This document shows positions 52,495-62,186 of a DNA stretch of 64,000 nt, piece after piece. The first letter of the stretch is position 1, and the number at the start of each line of letters is the position of its first letter. A program made the position numbers and the translations under genes. Source of the DNA: Deltaproteobacteria bacterium (GTDB lineage: Bacteria > UBA10199 > JACPAL01 > JACOUP01). The stretch spans positions 65,021 through 129,020 of the forward strand of contig JACOUP010000008.1 of the NCBI GenBank assembly GCA_016177765.1, written 5' to 3'. Under the pieces are notes generated by a model. It ran no database searches, was not told the DNA's origin, and worked only from the letters and a program-made list of their open reading frames with translations.

Positions 52495-55400
52495 TTATTG
52501 ACATGACGCGTTGCTCCCTGGAGCCTCATTGGGGCCTCCAAGGCAGGCCTTGATGATCAGATAAATGACGCTGTTACTCGCCTCGTTCTGGTTCCCTCTC
52601 ATCAAACCGATCCCGGCCAAGTCAAAATTGGGCCCGGCAAACCGGTTGGTCGCCGGGTTCAGGGGGTCCGTATCTCGGGCCGGCCGTACCTTGTCGAGGG
52701 TCGCTGTGTTATCAATATTGGCGGCATGATCGGTCCCGGCCCACATCCTGCGGCCATGGAGTGTCCCCGAGGCGCATTGCGAAGGGACGCCCCCTTCCGC
52801 ACCGGCCACATAGGGAGGGAGCGGATTTGGCCCATAGTAAGAGAGACCATCGGTGGAATTAATAATGCTGTTGGTCACCACCGGATTCAGGATGGAACTA
52901 TCCACCCCTCTTTCAAAACGGCCCGTTTGGGCACCGGTATTGAGCGGGAAGAATTCCCTCCTCAGGGTCGAGAGACGGGGGACGAGGGAAGGATCAACAC
53001 ACTCGGTCGTCAGAGAGATTTCAACCGTCACATCGGCATCCGGGACACGACGGGTCCTGAAAAGGGGCGTATCCGGGCTAAAGAGACGCAAGGTTGCGTT
53101 GTTCTTGAAGGTCATCTCTCCGGTCACCGGATCATAAAAACCTTTCAATGTGGCATCGGCGTTGGAAAGCGAGTTCCGGAGATCGTTCGCCCGTGTTATC
53201 GGGTGGAGGGCCTGGACAGGGGTATCCCCGCCACTGTAGGACCCATAAAAACCCCGGGAACCGTTGTTATAACTGGCATCCGGAGGAGTGCTGTTATCCA
53301 GAACGCAAGCCCCGTCATTGTACAAGAGGCAGCGTTTGGCCAGATAGGCCGAAAAGTACCGGCAGTTGGAGGTATGGCACTGGAAGGAGTAGAGAAACTC
53401 GCTGGTGCTCTCTGAAGAACCGGGGGCGTTAAAGAGACTGATCCCGCTGGGGCTCCTCTGGGAAATATCGGCAGGGACAGGGGTGTTCACCCCAGGGATA
53501 CTGATCTCCCCGGCGGCCGGATTGACAGTCACGGCAATGGCGAATCGGTCGATAGCGGCATCGGGTGTCCCGGGTAAACCGTTCAGACGGGCCTTGGCCA
53601 CTTGTCCTGGTGTAACGCTAGAGGCAATCCCAACCGCATTGGCAAGCTTGGGGGCGAATCCGGCAAAGATCCGACCGACATGAAGCGTCCCTGGACCATT
53701 GGGTCCCCCCATCGCCCCCTTCAGGTGTGCCGTAAAGTTGGCCGCTCCGGCAGACCGGAGTGAGGTTGCCTGAAAGACAAGGTTTTTATTCTTGATGGCA
53801 AAGGAAACCCCTGGATCATAATTGAATTGGACCGTCCCCACCTTTTTGCACCAAGCGGCCGCGCCGGCCTCTGTACAACGAACCGTACTGAGGCAGCGTG
53901 AACCGCCCGATCCCGGTTGCTCTGTACATGGTTTGAGATCAAAAGAGGCTGGCAAACCGGCATTCTTGGTAAAATCGAAATCGCCTTCAGACGTTGCGGG
54001 CACCGTTGTCACATGAAGGCTGTCCGCACCAGCACTCGCCTTCCCGTTCACGAGGTAAACGTCGCGAACAGTGCTGTCGGAACGGAGGCTGAAATCCCCT
54101 TCGGTAGCCGACGCCCCTTGAACCTTGTAGAGGCAACGACCGTTGGGGGCGATCAGATCGGCCGGTTTGGGGGCATTGGCACAGGTAGCGTCCGCAAAGG
54201 AATGAAAATCACTGATATAAATATGCGTGACGGCATCGGTCTGGGCATCCCGTACCCCCTTCATGTTAAAGGAAAACCCTCCCGTATTGGAACTGACCGA
54301 ATACTGGGATTGATGGGTATCCGAGGCCCCCGCAGAGGTCGGGCAATAACGAAGGTAAAAGAAAACATCCCGGTCCGGAGTCGGCCTGACCGCCTGAATT
54401 TGGGAGCCACTAATCGCCGGGGCGGTCTGGAAAGTAACCCTTGGCGGACTGGAGGTAGGGTCCGCCTGCCTGATCTGGCCACGCGTAAAAAAGCCGGTGG
54501 CGTCAGACAGGGGTAAAGAAATCGCCCCGGCGTCAAGGACACCCAGATTGGCCACCCGGTACACCTTGCTCCGGCAACTATTTTGCAACACCCGGCCATA
54601 ATCCGTCCTGTCATTAGCCGCAACCGGCACCGGTGATACCGCCCCGCAATCAGAACCATATTCCGAATTAAGGCAACTGGGAGGAGGCGGTGTCTCTTTG
54701 TTCACCTCGGAGAGGACCAGTTTCCCGGCCCGGGCACTTCCGGTCCCTTTAAGGGTCAATGTCAACCGGTTGCCCGAGAGGGTGAAGAGAGACTCACACG
54801 AACCAGAGGCATTGCAACCAGAAATCCCCTCCGTCGGTTTGAAGACAATTGGAACAGGAATTGACTCGCCCGGCGCGAGTTCGGTGGCCGCGAGCGTCCC
54901 TGCCAACTGGAAAGCCCCGTCGGCAGGGGTGATCACCGGCTGAAGGGAAAGATTGCCGGCAGTCGCCTCATTTTTGATGACAACGATTTCCTGAATCTCA
55001 AAACGGCTACGGACATCCGCATTGTTATAATACGGGTTGACGTCGGCTTCCTCTTCACGCGCACGATAGGGATGAATCTTAAAGGTAGTCGTGCCCGCGA
55101 AACCCTGGCTGGAATTTCCTGTGAGCGAAACCCCTTCCTCCCCTTCCGCAGAACTTCCACTCGCCGGCCATGAATGTTTGACAGAAAGGGCCAATTGCGG
55201 AGGAGTTGGCGGTTGCTCTCCGGAACCACAACTCGCCCGGATATCGGCCAGTGAGGTGACCGGTTCACCATTGGGGGTGGTCACATTCCCTTCGATATCG
55301 GCCGCGAGGGCGGCCCCCCCTAGTTCTGAATAGAGCTGGCCCCCAAAAGGTCCTGCACTCTGGTTGGAAATCGGCACCCCTGTCACAATCTTCAAATGGC

Positions 55401-56550
55401 TTGTATTCGTTCCGGCATCATAGCGAAGGGGGGAACCGGTAGTTGTTACCGGCCCGACAGGACTCTCATTCAGACCGGGCGGAGGAACCCCGGGCTGGAT
55501 TGTCGCCGAACCGGTGGTGAGACTCAAACCACTCGGGTCGGCAATCGGTGTCTGGGGGTCATCTTCAAAGGGAGGAACAGCCTGAGGGCTTCCAAAAATT
55601 CTGGTATCCGTAAAGGGATTGAAATTAAGATCAGCAATCTCCTGGGCATTGACCGCATTGTAAAAACGGACGCGGAAATGAAGGCCGTTGAGATTCTCAA
55701 TCCGGATGGACCCTCCCTCTTCAACGCATGTCCCCTGGGCCGTCAGACCGCTAAAATCCCCTTCTCCCTGACCCGCATCAATCTGTAAAACCGCATCCAG
55801 GGCCGTATTTGCCACATTATAATTGGGGAAATCTTTCGCCTCTAAAAAGACGCGGCAACGAGCCGGGTCGGAGAGATCAAATTTCAGCTTGACCGGCCCG
55901 TCGGGAAAATATTGGAGCGTGTTGACCCTCTTTTGCCCTGGCGTTTCCACACAGGTCTTGTGGCCATAACGGTGGTCTGTTACCGGATTGGGCGGGTTGG
56001 CACAACAAAAGAGGTCCGAATGGATACTGGGGTCGTAATTGCCTTCGTCGGGATCCAAAAAGTAATCCCTGCAGGCCGCGGGAATATCGTACTTGTCGGC
56101 GACTGGACTGTCCCCCTTGAGAACCAGGGTGGCCTCAAAATTGACAGCACAGGTACTGACACAGGTACAGGTCGTGGTATCGAGTGAGTGATCGGCATCA
56201 CAACTGACCCCCGGGCAGGTCGTTTTCGGGGCACGACACTCTCCCGTGGAGAGATCACAAACTTCACCCGAGGCACAATCCGCATCGGCCTGGCAGGCGG
56301 CTGACTTTGATTTTTGTGAGAGAAAACAAAGACCGGTGACGACATCACAACTCTCCCCGGGGTTACAGTCTTCATCGACCGCACATTTGTTGTCAACGGT
56401 GCGCGGCCCCTCACTTCCGGATCCTTCCGGACCACCAGGACCAAACTGGAAAGGGTTATCCCCTCCCCCCGAGCAACCGCCGAGGGTCACCAAAACCAAA
56501 AGAAGGTAAAAAAGAGGACGGATCCCCCTGAAGATCTTGCCTGACATCAT
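52495..56550 (-). CDS. Giant predicted lipoprotein with N-terminal cysteine-rich repeats (C-x-D-x-D-C-x-x-G-E-x-C, myxobacterial Cys-rich-repeat-like)
   Basis: Lipobox LLVLVTLGGCSGG. Repeats CAVDEDCNPGESCDVVTGLC / CQADADCASGEVCDLSTGEC. Start trimmed to avoid nadD. Confidence 0.6.
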   Translation of the reverse strand: MMSGKIFRGIRPLFYLLLVLVTLGGCSGGGDNPFQFGPGGPEGSGSEGPRTVDNKCAVDEDCNPGESCDVVTGLCFLSQKSKSAACQADADCASGEVCDLSTGECRAPKTTCPGVSCDADHSLDTTTCTCVSTCAVNFEATLVLKGDSPVADKYDIPAACRDYFLDPDEGNYDPSIHSDLFCCANPPNPVTDHRYGHKTCVETPGQKRVNTLQYFPDGPVKLKFDLSDPARCRVFLEAKDFPNYNVANTALDAVLQIDAGQGEGDFSGLTAQGTCVEEGGSIRIENLNGLHFRVRFYNAVNAQEIADLNFNPFTDTRIFGSPQAVPPFEDDPQTPIADPSGLSLTTGSATIQPGVPPPGLNESPVGPVTTTGSPLRYDAGTNTSHLKIVTGVPISNQSAGPFGGQLYSELGGAALAADIEGNVTTPNGEPVTSLADIRASCGSGEQPPTPPQLALSVKHSWPASGSSAEGEEGVSLTGNSSQGFAGTTTFKIHPYRAREEEADVNPYYNNADVRSRFEIQEIVVIKNEATAGNLSLQPVITPADGAFQLAGTLAATELAPGESIPVPIVFKPTEGISGCNASGSCESLFTLSGNRLTLTLKGTGSARAGKLVLSEVNKETPPPPSCLNSEYGSDCGAVSPVPVAANDRTDYGRVLQNSCRSKVYRVANLGVLDAGAISLPLSDATGFFTRGQIRQADPTSSPPRVTFQTAPAISGSQIQAVRPTPDRDVFFYLRYCPTSAGASDTHQSQYSVSSNTGGFSFNMKGVRDAQTDAVTHIYISDFHSFADATCANAPKPADLIAPNGRCLYKVQGASATEGDFSLRSDSTVRDVYLVNGKASAGADSLHVTTVPATSEGDFDFTKNAGLPASFDLKPCTEQPGSGGSRCLSTVRCTEAGAAAWCKKVGTVQFNYDPGVSFAIKNKNLVFQATSLRSAGAANFTAHLKGAMGGPNGPGTLHVGRIFAGFAPKLANAVGIASSVTPGQVAKARLNGLPGTPDAAIDRFAIAVTVNPAAGEISIPGVNTPVPADISQRSPSGISLFNAPGSSESTSEFLYSFQCHTSNCRYFSAYLAKRCLLYNDGACVLDNSTPPDASYNNGSRGFYGSYSGGDTPVQALHPITRANDLRNSLSNADATLKGFYDPVTGEMTFKNNATLRLFSPDTPLFRTRRVPDADVTVEISLTTECVDPSLVPRLSTLRREFFPLNTGAQTGRFERGVDSSILNPVVTNSIINSTDGLSYYGPNPLPPYVAGAEGGVPSQCASGTLHGRRMWAGTDHAANIDNTATLDKVRPARDTDPLNPATNRFAGPNFDLAGIGLMRGNQNEASNSVIYLIIKACLGGPNEAPGSNASCQ

Positions 56551-56590
56551 CACCCTTTTTATCGGTGAGGTCTTACAAAAGGTTGCTCGT

Positions 56591-57112
56591 TTAATAAATT
56601 GAATGTTGCCCAAGATAACGACACACCGAGTCAGGAACCAGCCCTGTCAAATCCCTTCCCAAGGCCGCCTTTTGACGCACCTCCGTGCTGGAAACATCGG
56701 GAATCGAGGAGGAGGGACCCCGGGGGATCCTGTAAAGAGTAGCCCGTTTTTCGATCTCTTCAAACCCCCGCCACTCCCCCCTTTTTTGGTAATTATCCTC
56801 CCCGATCACCAAGGTCCACTCCTGTCGCGGGTATTTTCGGCACAAATAACGGAGGGTCTCCACCGTCCAGGAACGGTCAAGATGGAGCCTCCGTTCAATA
56901 TCCTGAAGACGAACTTTTTTCCCAAAAGGGCGAAAGGCCAGCCGGCAGAGCCGAAACCGTTTCCAAAAAGGGAGCGATTTCTTCCCCAAGGGGTGACGCC
57001 AGCAAGGGATGATCCAAACCTGATCAAACCGTTTTTCCAAAAGGTGTTCCACAATCCCGACGTGGCCCCTGTGGGGGGGATCAAAGGCACCGCCAAAAAG
57101 GGCTATTTTCAT
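56591..57112 (-). CDS. nadD: Nicotinate-nucleotide adenylyltransferase
   Basis: MKIALFGGAFDPPHRGHVGIVEHLL… (the HxGH motif). Confidence 0.85.
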   Translation of the reverse strand: MKIALFGGAFDPPHRGHVGIVEHLLEKRFDQVWIIPCWRHPLGKKSLPFWKRFRLCRLAFRPFGKKVRLQDIERRLHLDRSWTVETLRYLCRKYPRQEWTLVIGEDNYQKRGEWRGFEEIEKRATLYRIPRGPSSSIPDVSSTEVRQKAALGRDLTGLVPDSVCRYLGQHSIY

Positions 57113-57150
57113 AGTTGCCTCGTTCCTCCCGCCGTTATAGGCCATAGAGC

Positions 57151-58017
57151 GTGAAAATCAACCGCGTTCTCCTCGTTTACAAGAAGAGCTCCTATCAACG
57201 GCATGCGTTGGACAGCAAAGATGAACATTTTATCCGGCTCCTCAGGAAAAAAAATGTCGCCTTCTGGCAGTCGAAGGAAACCCATGACCGTCACATGGAG
57301 ACCCTGCTCTCCGTTAAAAAGGACCTCAAGGCGCTGGGGATTCGTTATGATGTCAGGCTCCGCTACCACCTTCGTCCCCTCCCTTCTTATGACCTGGTCA
57401 TCACCATTGGCGGGGATGGCACCTTTCTGGAAAGCTCTCATTTCCTCCGGGGTGGGCTCCTCATGGGGGTCAACTCAACACCAACCGCCTCGGTTGGTTA
57501 TTACTGCCGAACCCAGGCCGGGAATTTTTCTGAAAAGATACGGCGTCTTCGGGAAGACAAGGCAAAAATCAAGCCCCTTCACCGCCTCCAGGCCAAGGTG
57601 AATGGCCGAAGGGTCGGCCCTCTTTCATTAAACGACATCCTTTTTACCAATCGCAGTCCGGCCGATACCAGCCGCTACCTTCTCAAAATCGGGCCACGAC
57701 GGGAGGAGCAAAAGAGTTCCGGAATCTGGTTCTCGCCATCCCCCGGTTCGACGGCGGCCACGCTTTCCGCCGGAGGGCGAAAACTCCCACTTTCCTCGAC
57801 AAAATTTCAGTACGTCGTCAGGGAACTTTATAAAGAAGAAAAAAAACGATTTCGACTGCTTAAAGGAATCCTTGGATCACGAGAAAAAGCCGGCCTCATC
57901 AGCAATATGAAAAATGGAGCCCTCTACTTTGACGGCCCTCACTTCTCCTACACCTTAAAAAGGGGGGATGAGGTAACGATCTGTCAGGCCCTGGAACCGA
58001 TCCGCGCCGTTTGGTAG
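57151..58017 (+). CDS. nadK: NAD kinase
   Basis: The GGDGT motif (ITIGGDGTFL) and a conserved NE/D-like region. 288 aa. Confidence 0.75.
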   Translation: MKINRVLLVYKKSSYQRHALDSKDEHFIRLLRKKNVAFWQSKETHDRHMETLLSVKKDLKALGIRYDVRLRYHLRPLPSYDLVITIGGDGTFLESSHFLRGGLLMGVNSTPTASVGYYCRTQAGNFSEKIRRLREDKAKIKPLHRLQAKVNGRRVGPLSLNDILFTNRSPADTSRYLLKIGPRREEQKSSGIWFSPSPGSTAATLSAGGRKLPLSSTKFQYVVRELYKEEKKRFRLLKGILGSREKAGLISNMKNGALYFDGPHFSYTLKRGDEVTICQALEPIRAVW

Positions 58018-58025
58018 CGCATTAA

Positions 58026-58841
58026 TTATTTCCCCAAGACATTCTGGATTTCACTGGCCACCTCTTCAATCGCCTTGGCGGTCACATCAATGATGGGACA
58101 ATTCCCAAGCTGGGCAAAGATCTTCTGGGCATAGATCAGTTCCGAACGGATATGATCCACCGTCGCATAATTTTCCGACATCGGCCGCCCCATTTTGGAC
58201 AACCGGAGCTCCCTGAACGCCACTAGTTTTTCGGGAGAAGCGGTCAAACCGACGACCTTCCCGCGGTCCACTGCAAAGAGCTCCGGGGGGGGAGGGACAT
58301 TGTTGACAATCGGGATATTCGCCACCTTATAACCACGATACGAAAGATAGATGGAAAGGGGGGTTTTGGATGTCCGGGATATCCCAACAAGGATGATATC
58401 CGACTGCCCCAGTGTATCCAGTCCCAGACCATCGTCATGTTTGACGGCGAATTCAACCGCCTCGTTCCGGCGGAAATATTCATTGGTTAACTGGTATTTG
58501 AGGCCCGGCTGGTCTGAGGGGGTTGTCTGCAGGTATTCGGAGAGCTTGTCCAAGACCGGTCCCATCAGATCAATCGCCACCACGCCAGCCTGATCGGATT
58601 GGTTTTTCAAAAGTTCCCGGAGAGAGGGGGAGACAAGGGTAAAAATGATCAGGCCGCCGCTTTCATGCGCCTCCATGACCACGCGGGCGATGTTTTCCGG
58701 TGTGGCCACCTTGGAACGGCGGGCAATCGTCACATTCGGCTGGCTGAACTGACGGATGGCGGCCACAGAGGCAGAGAGCGCCAGTTCACCGGTGGCATCG
58801 GATACGGCAAAGATAGTTTTTTGGCTCTTTTCGATGGGCAT
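58026..58841 (-). CDS. PEP synthase / pyruvate-phosphate dikinase regulatory protein (DUF299 bifunctional kinase-pyrophosphorylase)
   Basis: N-terminal …IFAVSDATGELA… and the P-loop-like …GISRTSKTPLS… typical of PpsR/YdiA. Confidence 0.8.
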   Translation of the reverse strand: MPIEKSQKTIFAVSDATGELALSASVAAIRQFSQPNVTIARRSKVATPENIARVVMEAHESGGLIIFTLVSPSLRELLKNQSDQAGVVAIDLMGPVLDKLSEYLQTTPSDQPGLKYQLTNEYFRRNEAVEFAVKHDDGLGLDTLGQSDIILVGISRTSKTPLSIYLSYRGYKVANIPIVNNVPPPPELFAVDRGKVVGLTASPEKLVAFRELRLSKMGRPMSENYATVDHIRSELIYAQKIFAQLGNCPIIDVTAKAIEEVASEIQNVLGK

Positions 58842-58846
58842 TGGTT

Positions 58847-59911
58847 TCAGGATTTCACTGACTTCAAAGGAAGTGCCTTCGTCCCCTCTTCCGCCGGCAA
58901 AACGATCTGGTCTAATCGTTCGCCAAGCTGGTCCAGGCGTTTTTCAGCCGTCTCAAATTTCCCGCGGGCATTCTTGAGGTGGGTCCCGATCTGACTGAAT
59001 TCCTCTGAAAAACGGGTCAAGTCCCCTTTGAGCCTTTCAATCCGGGCATCCAACTCCCGCGCCCAGGAGGTGATCTTCATCCCCCGAAGACCGATCGCAA
59101 TCGTCTGGAGATAGGCATAAAAGCTGTTGGGAGAGACAGGAAAAACCCTCTTGGACTGGGCGTAACTCAAGACCCCTCCATTCTCATCCTTGATAATGGT
59201 TTCGTAATAAACATTCTCCGCCGGGATGTACATCAGGGCAAAATTGAGCGTCCCCTCGTCCGGGCAGATATATTTATCACTGATGCTGTCAATATGGCGT
59301 TTCACATCCCCCACAAAATCCTTGCGTGCCGTTTTTTTCTCCTCCTCGGTCTGAGAGGCCACAAGCCGGCGGAAATTCTCCAGCGGAAATTTGGAATCGA
59401 TAGGGATAATCCCCTCCTGCGAAAAGACAACGGCATCCACCCTTTCACCATTTTTGAAGGCATACTGGAGCTGAAAATTTTCTGAAGGGAGGATCTGCCC
59501 GAGAAGATCCGCCAAAAAAAATTCCCCAAACCCCCCGCGAAATTTCGGGGCGCGAAGACTTTCCTGAAGCGACGCGATATCCTTCCCGACCTCCAGAATC
59601 CGTTTTGAACCTTCCTTAAGTTGGCCCAGTTCATTATTCAGAGAGACAAACGCCTTGGCGGCATTATCGAGTCTCTCATTTAAGCTTTTCCCCGATTCAG
59701 CCAAGACCTTGGATTGGTCCTGAAGACGATCGTTGACCTGTCTTCCAACCCCCTCCAAACTCAGCCTCAATTCCTGCCTCAATCCGTCCAACTGTTGTTG
59801 CAGGAGCAAAAGTGGATTTTCATCTCCCCTGGATCGGAAACGCAACAGAGCAAGGAAAATACCGACAGCGCCGATGACGAGAACGATCAAAAGAAGGGTA
59901 TTCGGTGTCAC
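58847..59911 (-). CDS. rmuC: DNA recombination protein RmuC
   Basis: An N-terminal TM helix, coiled-coils and a C-terminal RmuC domain. 354 aa. Confidence 0.75.
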   Translation of the reverse strand: MTPNTLLLIVLVIGAVGIFLALLRFRSRGDENPLLLLQQQLDGLRQELRLSLEGVGRQVNDRLQDQSKVLAESGKSLNERLDNAAKAFVSLNNELGQLKEGSKRILEVGKDIASLQESLRAPKFRGGFGEFFLADLLGQILPSENFQLQYAFKNGERVDAVVFSQEGIIPIDSKFPLENFRRLVASQTEEEKKTARKDFVGDVKRHIDSISDKYICPDEGTLNFALMYIPAENVYYETIIKDENGGVLSYAQSKRVFPVSPNSFYAYLQTIAIGLRGMKITSWARELDARIERLKGDLTRFSEEFSQIGTHLKNARGKFETAEKRLDQLGERLDQIVLPAEEGTKALPLKSVKS

Positions 59912-59972
59912 TGGCAGGAATCCTATAGAAGGGCTTGCCTGTTTTCAATGGAATAGTTAAGGACCGTTCCGA

Positions 59973-60752
59973 ATGAATCACTGTCTCCTCCAGATCCTGC
60001 AACCCACCCTCAAAAGGGAGGATCACCAACACAATCTGACAACACTCCTGGAAATGGTTCCAAAAAGGCTTGTGCAGAAAACGGAGGCCTCCTTTCTGGT
60101 CCTTCCGGAACTCTTCTTCCGAACAGAGGACAGAATCGGTTATGAAAGATTCATCCGGGAGATCGCCACCATGAGTGGGGCCTGTGTGATTGGCGGATCC
60201 CTTCACACCGATTGGCATGGGAAAAAGGTGAACACCGGTATTGTCGCCGACCCTGACGGGGAAATCATCGGTCGCTACTTTAAAAACAACCCTTATGGAC
60301 CTGAGGTCAAACAGGGGATTAAAGGGGTCCCTGGACTATGCCAGTTCTCCTGGAGGGGATGGAGAGGGGCTGTCGTTATCTGCGCCGATGCCTGGGACAG
60401 CCGTCTCCTGAACCGTCTTCAAGAACCCCCGGACCTCCTTTTTATTGTTGCCGAATCGGTCAGTGAAGAACATGGCCCGGTGGCGGCTCGATCCCTTTGG
60501 CACAGCCTCGCCGTCGCCCGTGCCTTCGAGTTGACCTCTGTCGTCGCGATCAGTGATTGGGGGGAAGGAAAGACCCGCGACGGCGATTGGACCTGCGGCG
60601 TTGGCGGCATGGCCAACCCTGCCGACCCGACAGGAGTCTTCCACCCGATCCCCCCTGAAGAATCGAGTCGCCTCTTTACAATTGACCGGGAAGGGCTTAA
60701 AAGACACCGCGAGGCTAGGCGGTCTCGTTCATTTTATTGGTTCAAAAAATGA
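59973..60752 (+). CDS. Carbon-nitrogen hydrolase (nitrilase superfamily) protein
   Basis: …FLVLPELFF… (catalytic Glu), …VICADAWD… (catalytic Cys). 259 aa. Confidence 0.7.
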   Translation: MNHCLLQILQPTLKREDHQHNLTTLLEMVPKRLVQKTEASFLVLPELFFRTEDRIGYERFIREIATMSGACVIGGSLHTDWHGKKVNTGIVADPDGEIIGRYFKNNPYGPEVKQGIKGVPGLCQFSWRGWRGAVVICADAWDSRLLNRLQEPPDLLFIVAESVSEEHGPVAARSLWHSLAVARAFELTSVVAISDWGEGKTRDGDWTCGVGGMANPADPTGVFHPIPPEESSRLFTIDREGLKRHREARRSRSFYWFKK

Positions 60753-61015
60753 AAAAAGTAACCGTTTATACAACTCGTCTCTGTCCTTATTGCCGGATGG
60801 CCAAGGATCTTTTTAAACGAAAAAAAATAATTTTTGAGGAGATCGATGTCTCTGAGGATGACCAATTTGACGACCTTGTCGATCGCACAGGTTTCAGGAC
60901 AGTCCCTCAGATTTTTATCGGTGACGAACTGATCGGGGGTTACGAAGAATTGGCCAAGTTGGATCAAAAAGGGAAATTGCTGAAGATCCTAGGCGAAATC
61001 AATCCCACCTCTTGA
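60737..61015 (+). CDS. grxC: Glutaredoxin (Grx3-type)
   Basis: VTVYTTRLCPYCRMAKDLF…TVPQIFIGDELIGGYEEL gives the CPYC active site and a GSH-binding region. Confidence 0.85.
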   Translation: MVQKMKKVTVYTTRLCPYCRMAKDLFKRKKIIFEEIDVSEDDQFDDLVDRTGFRTVPQIFIGDELIGGYEELAKLDQKGKLLKILGEINPTS

Positions 61016-61996
61016 GAGAACCGCAAGCTCTTCTTCAAGATCACTACTGGATTCGCTCCGTTCACCACGACCAGAAACAGCGCCGCCTCCATTGCGGGTT
61101 GCCTTGTCAGAACCCCGAGTCCTCAAGTCTCGCAAGGTTTTGACCTCGGCAACGACAACGCGCCCCTCTCCATGGTTTGAGACAGGTTCCCCTTTGGGTA
61201 ACCCATTGTCACGAACTGGTAATTTCTGTGACGGAGGTGCCGTCAGGGCCCCCAATCGAGCCGTCATCTGACAGGCGTTTTGATAAGCCGCTGGATTGGC
61301 CGCATCATCAGGGCCTGAAAAATGGGTAATGACAACACTCCCTTCCGTGCCAGCAGGGGCACCAGGACTCCTTGGTGCCTGGGGGATCGCCAAACCGGTT
61401 CGTGGCGTCAGAGAGGCCTGTGCAAACTGGGCCTCGGGAGAGGCTGGGACTCCCTCCGCTCCGGGAACACCCGGTTGGGGAGTACCGGTGGCTCTTGGGG
61501 TTCCAAACCCGATCGATCGGAAAAGCCGGACAAGAAAATTGGCGGGGGGCTCAGCAACAGTTTTGGGAGGAACAACCGGGGCCCTCGGGAGAGGGGGGGT
61601 GTTACGCAGAATATCTCTGGCGGTTGCCAACGCTGGAGCCCTTTTCTCATCTCCTTTGGCATCACTCCGACGTTGCTCCAGGCGATTTAGATAACGAGCG
61701 GCATCATCCCCCCGATCCTTAACAAAGGCCGATTCACCGGTTGGATTGGGACGCAGGGAAGCGAGAGTTCGTTGATCATCAAGCCTTTGTTCTACTCCAG
61801 CCGCTTCAGTCCGTCGTGCCGCTTCAGCCTGTCTCTCCCTTTGGACCGCTTTGTCAGCAGGAGGGGTGACAACCGACATATCCGTCGGGAGAGGGACCAG
61901 TGGAATAACAGCAACAGTAGCCCCTACATCAGCCTTGTTGAGATTCACCCTTTGCTGGGCCTCGAACCTGTTTTCTGGACCTAATTTGGCACCCAT
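60989..61996 (-). CDS. Hypothetical Pro/Ala-rich protein
   Basis: 335-aa low-complexity ORF. Assignment weak; it could be real or a compositional artefact. Confidence 0.35.
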   Translation of the reverse strand: MGAKLGPENRFEAQQRVNLNKADVGATVAVIPLVPLPTDMSVVTPPADKAVQRERQAEAARRTEAAGVEQRLDDQRTLASLRPNPTGESAFVKDRGDDAARYLNRLEQRRSDAKGDEKRAPALATARDILRNTPPLPRAPVVPPKTVAEPPANFLVRLFRSIGFGTPRATGTPQPGVPGAEGVPASPEAQFAQASLTPRTGLAIPQAPRSPGAPAGTEGSVVITHFSGPDDAANPAAYQNACQMTARLGALTAPPSQKLPVRDNGLPKGEPVSNHGEGRVVVAEVKTLRDLRTRGSDKATRNGGGAVSGRGERSESSSDLEEELAVLSRGGIDFA

Positions 61997-62157
61997 AAAT
62001 GAAACCTATCCCTCCACCCCTCTCTAAAGCAATCCATATGCCAAAATAAGGCCTTCCATGAGCAATATAACCCACTGAAAACAAAGCTACTTTTAATGGT
62101 CTAGCCCCTTGGAGGGATTTTCCTGGAGGGAAACTGGAGACCCAAGACCTCAATTTC

Positions 62158-62186
62158 AGGGTGATTCACCCAAGGGTCGCTCACCC
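62158..62186. repeat. Palindromic repeat copy, 2 units, at the nagZ 3' end
   Basis: agGGTGattCACCCaaGGGTCgctCACCC. On the minus strand the unit's GGG-TGA supplies the final Gly codon and the TGA stop of nagZ. Confidence 0.8.
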
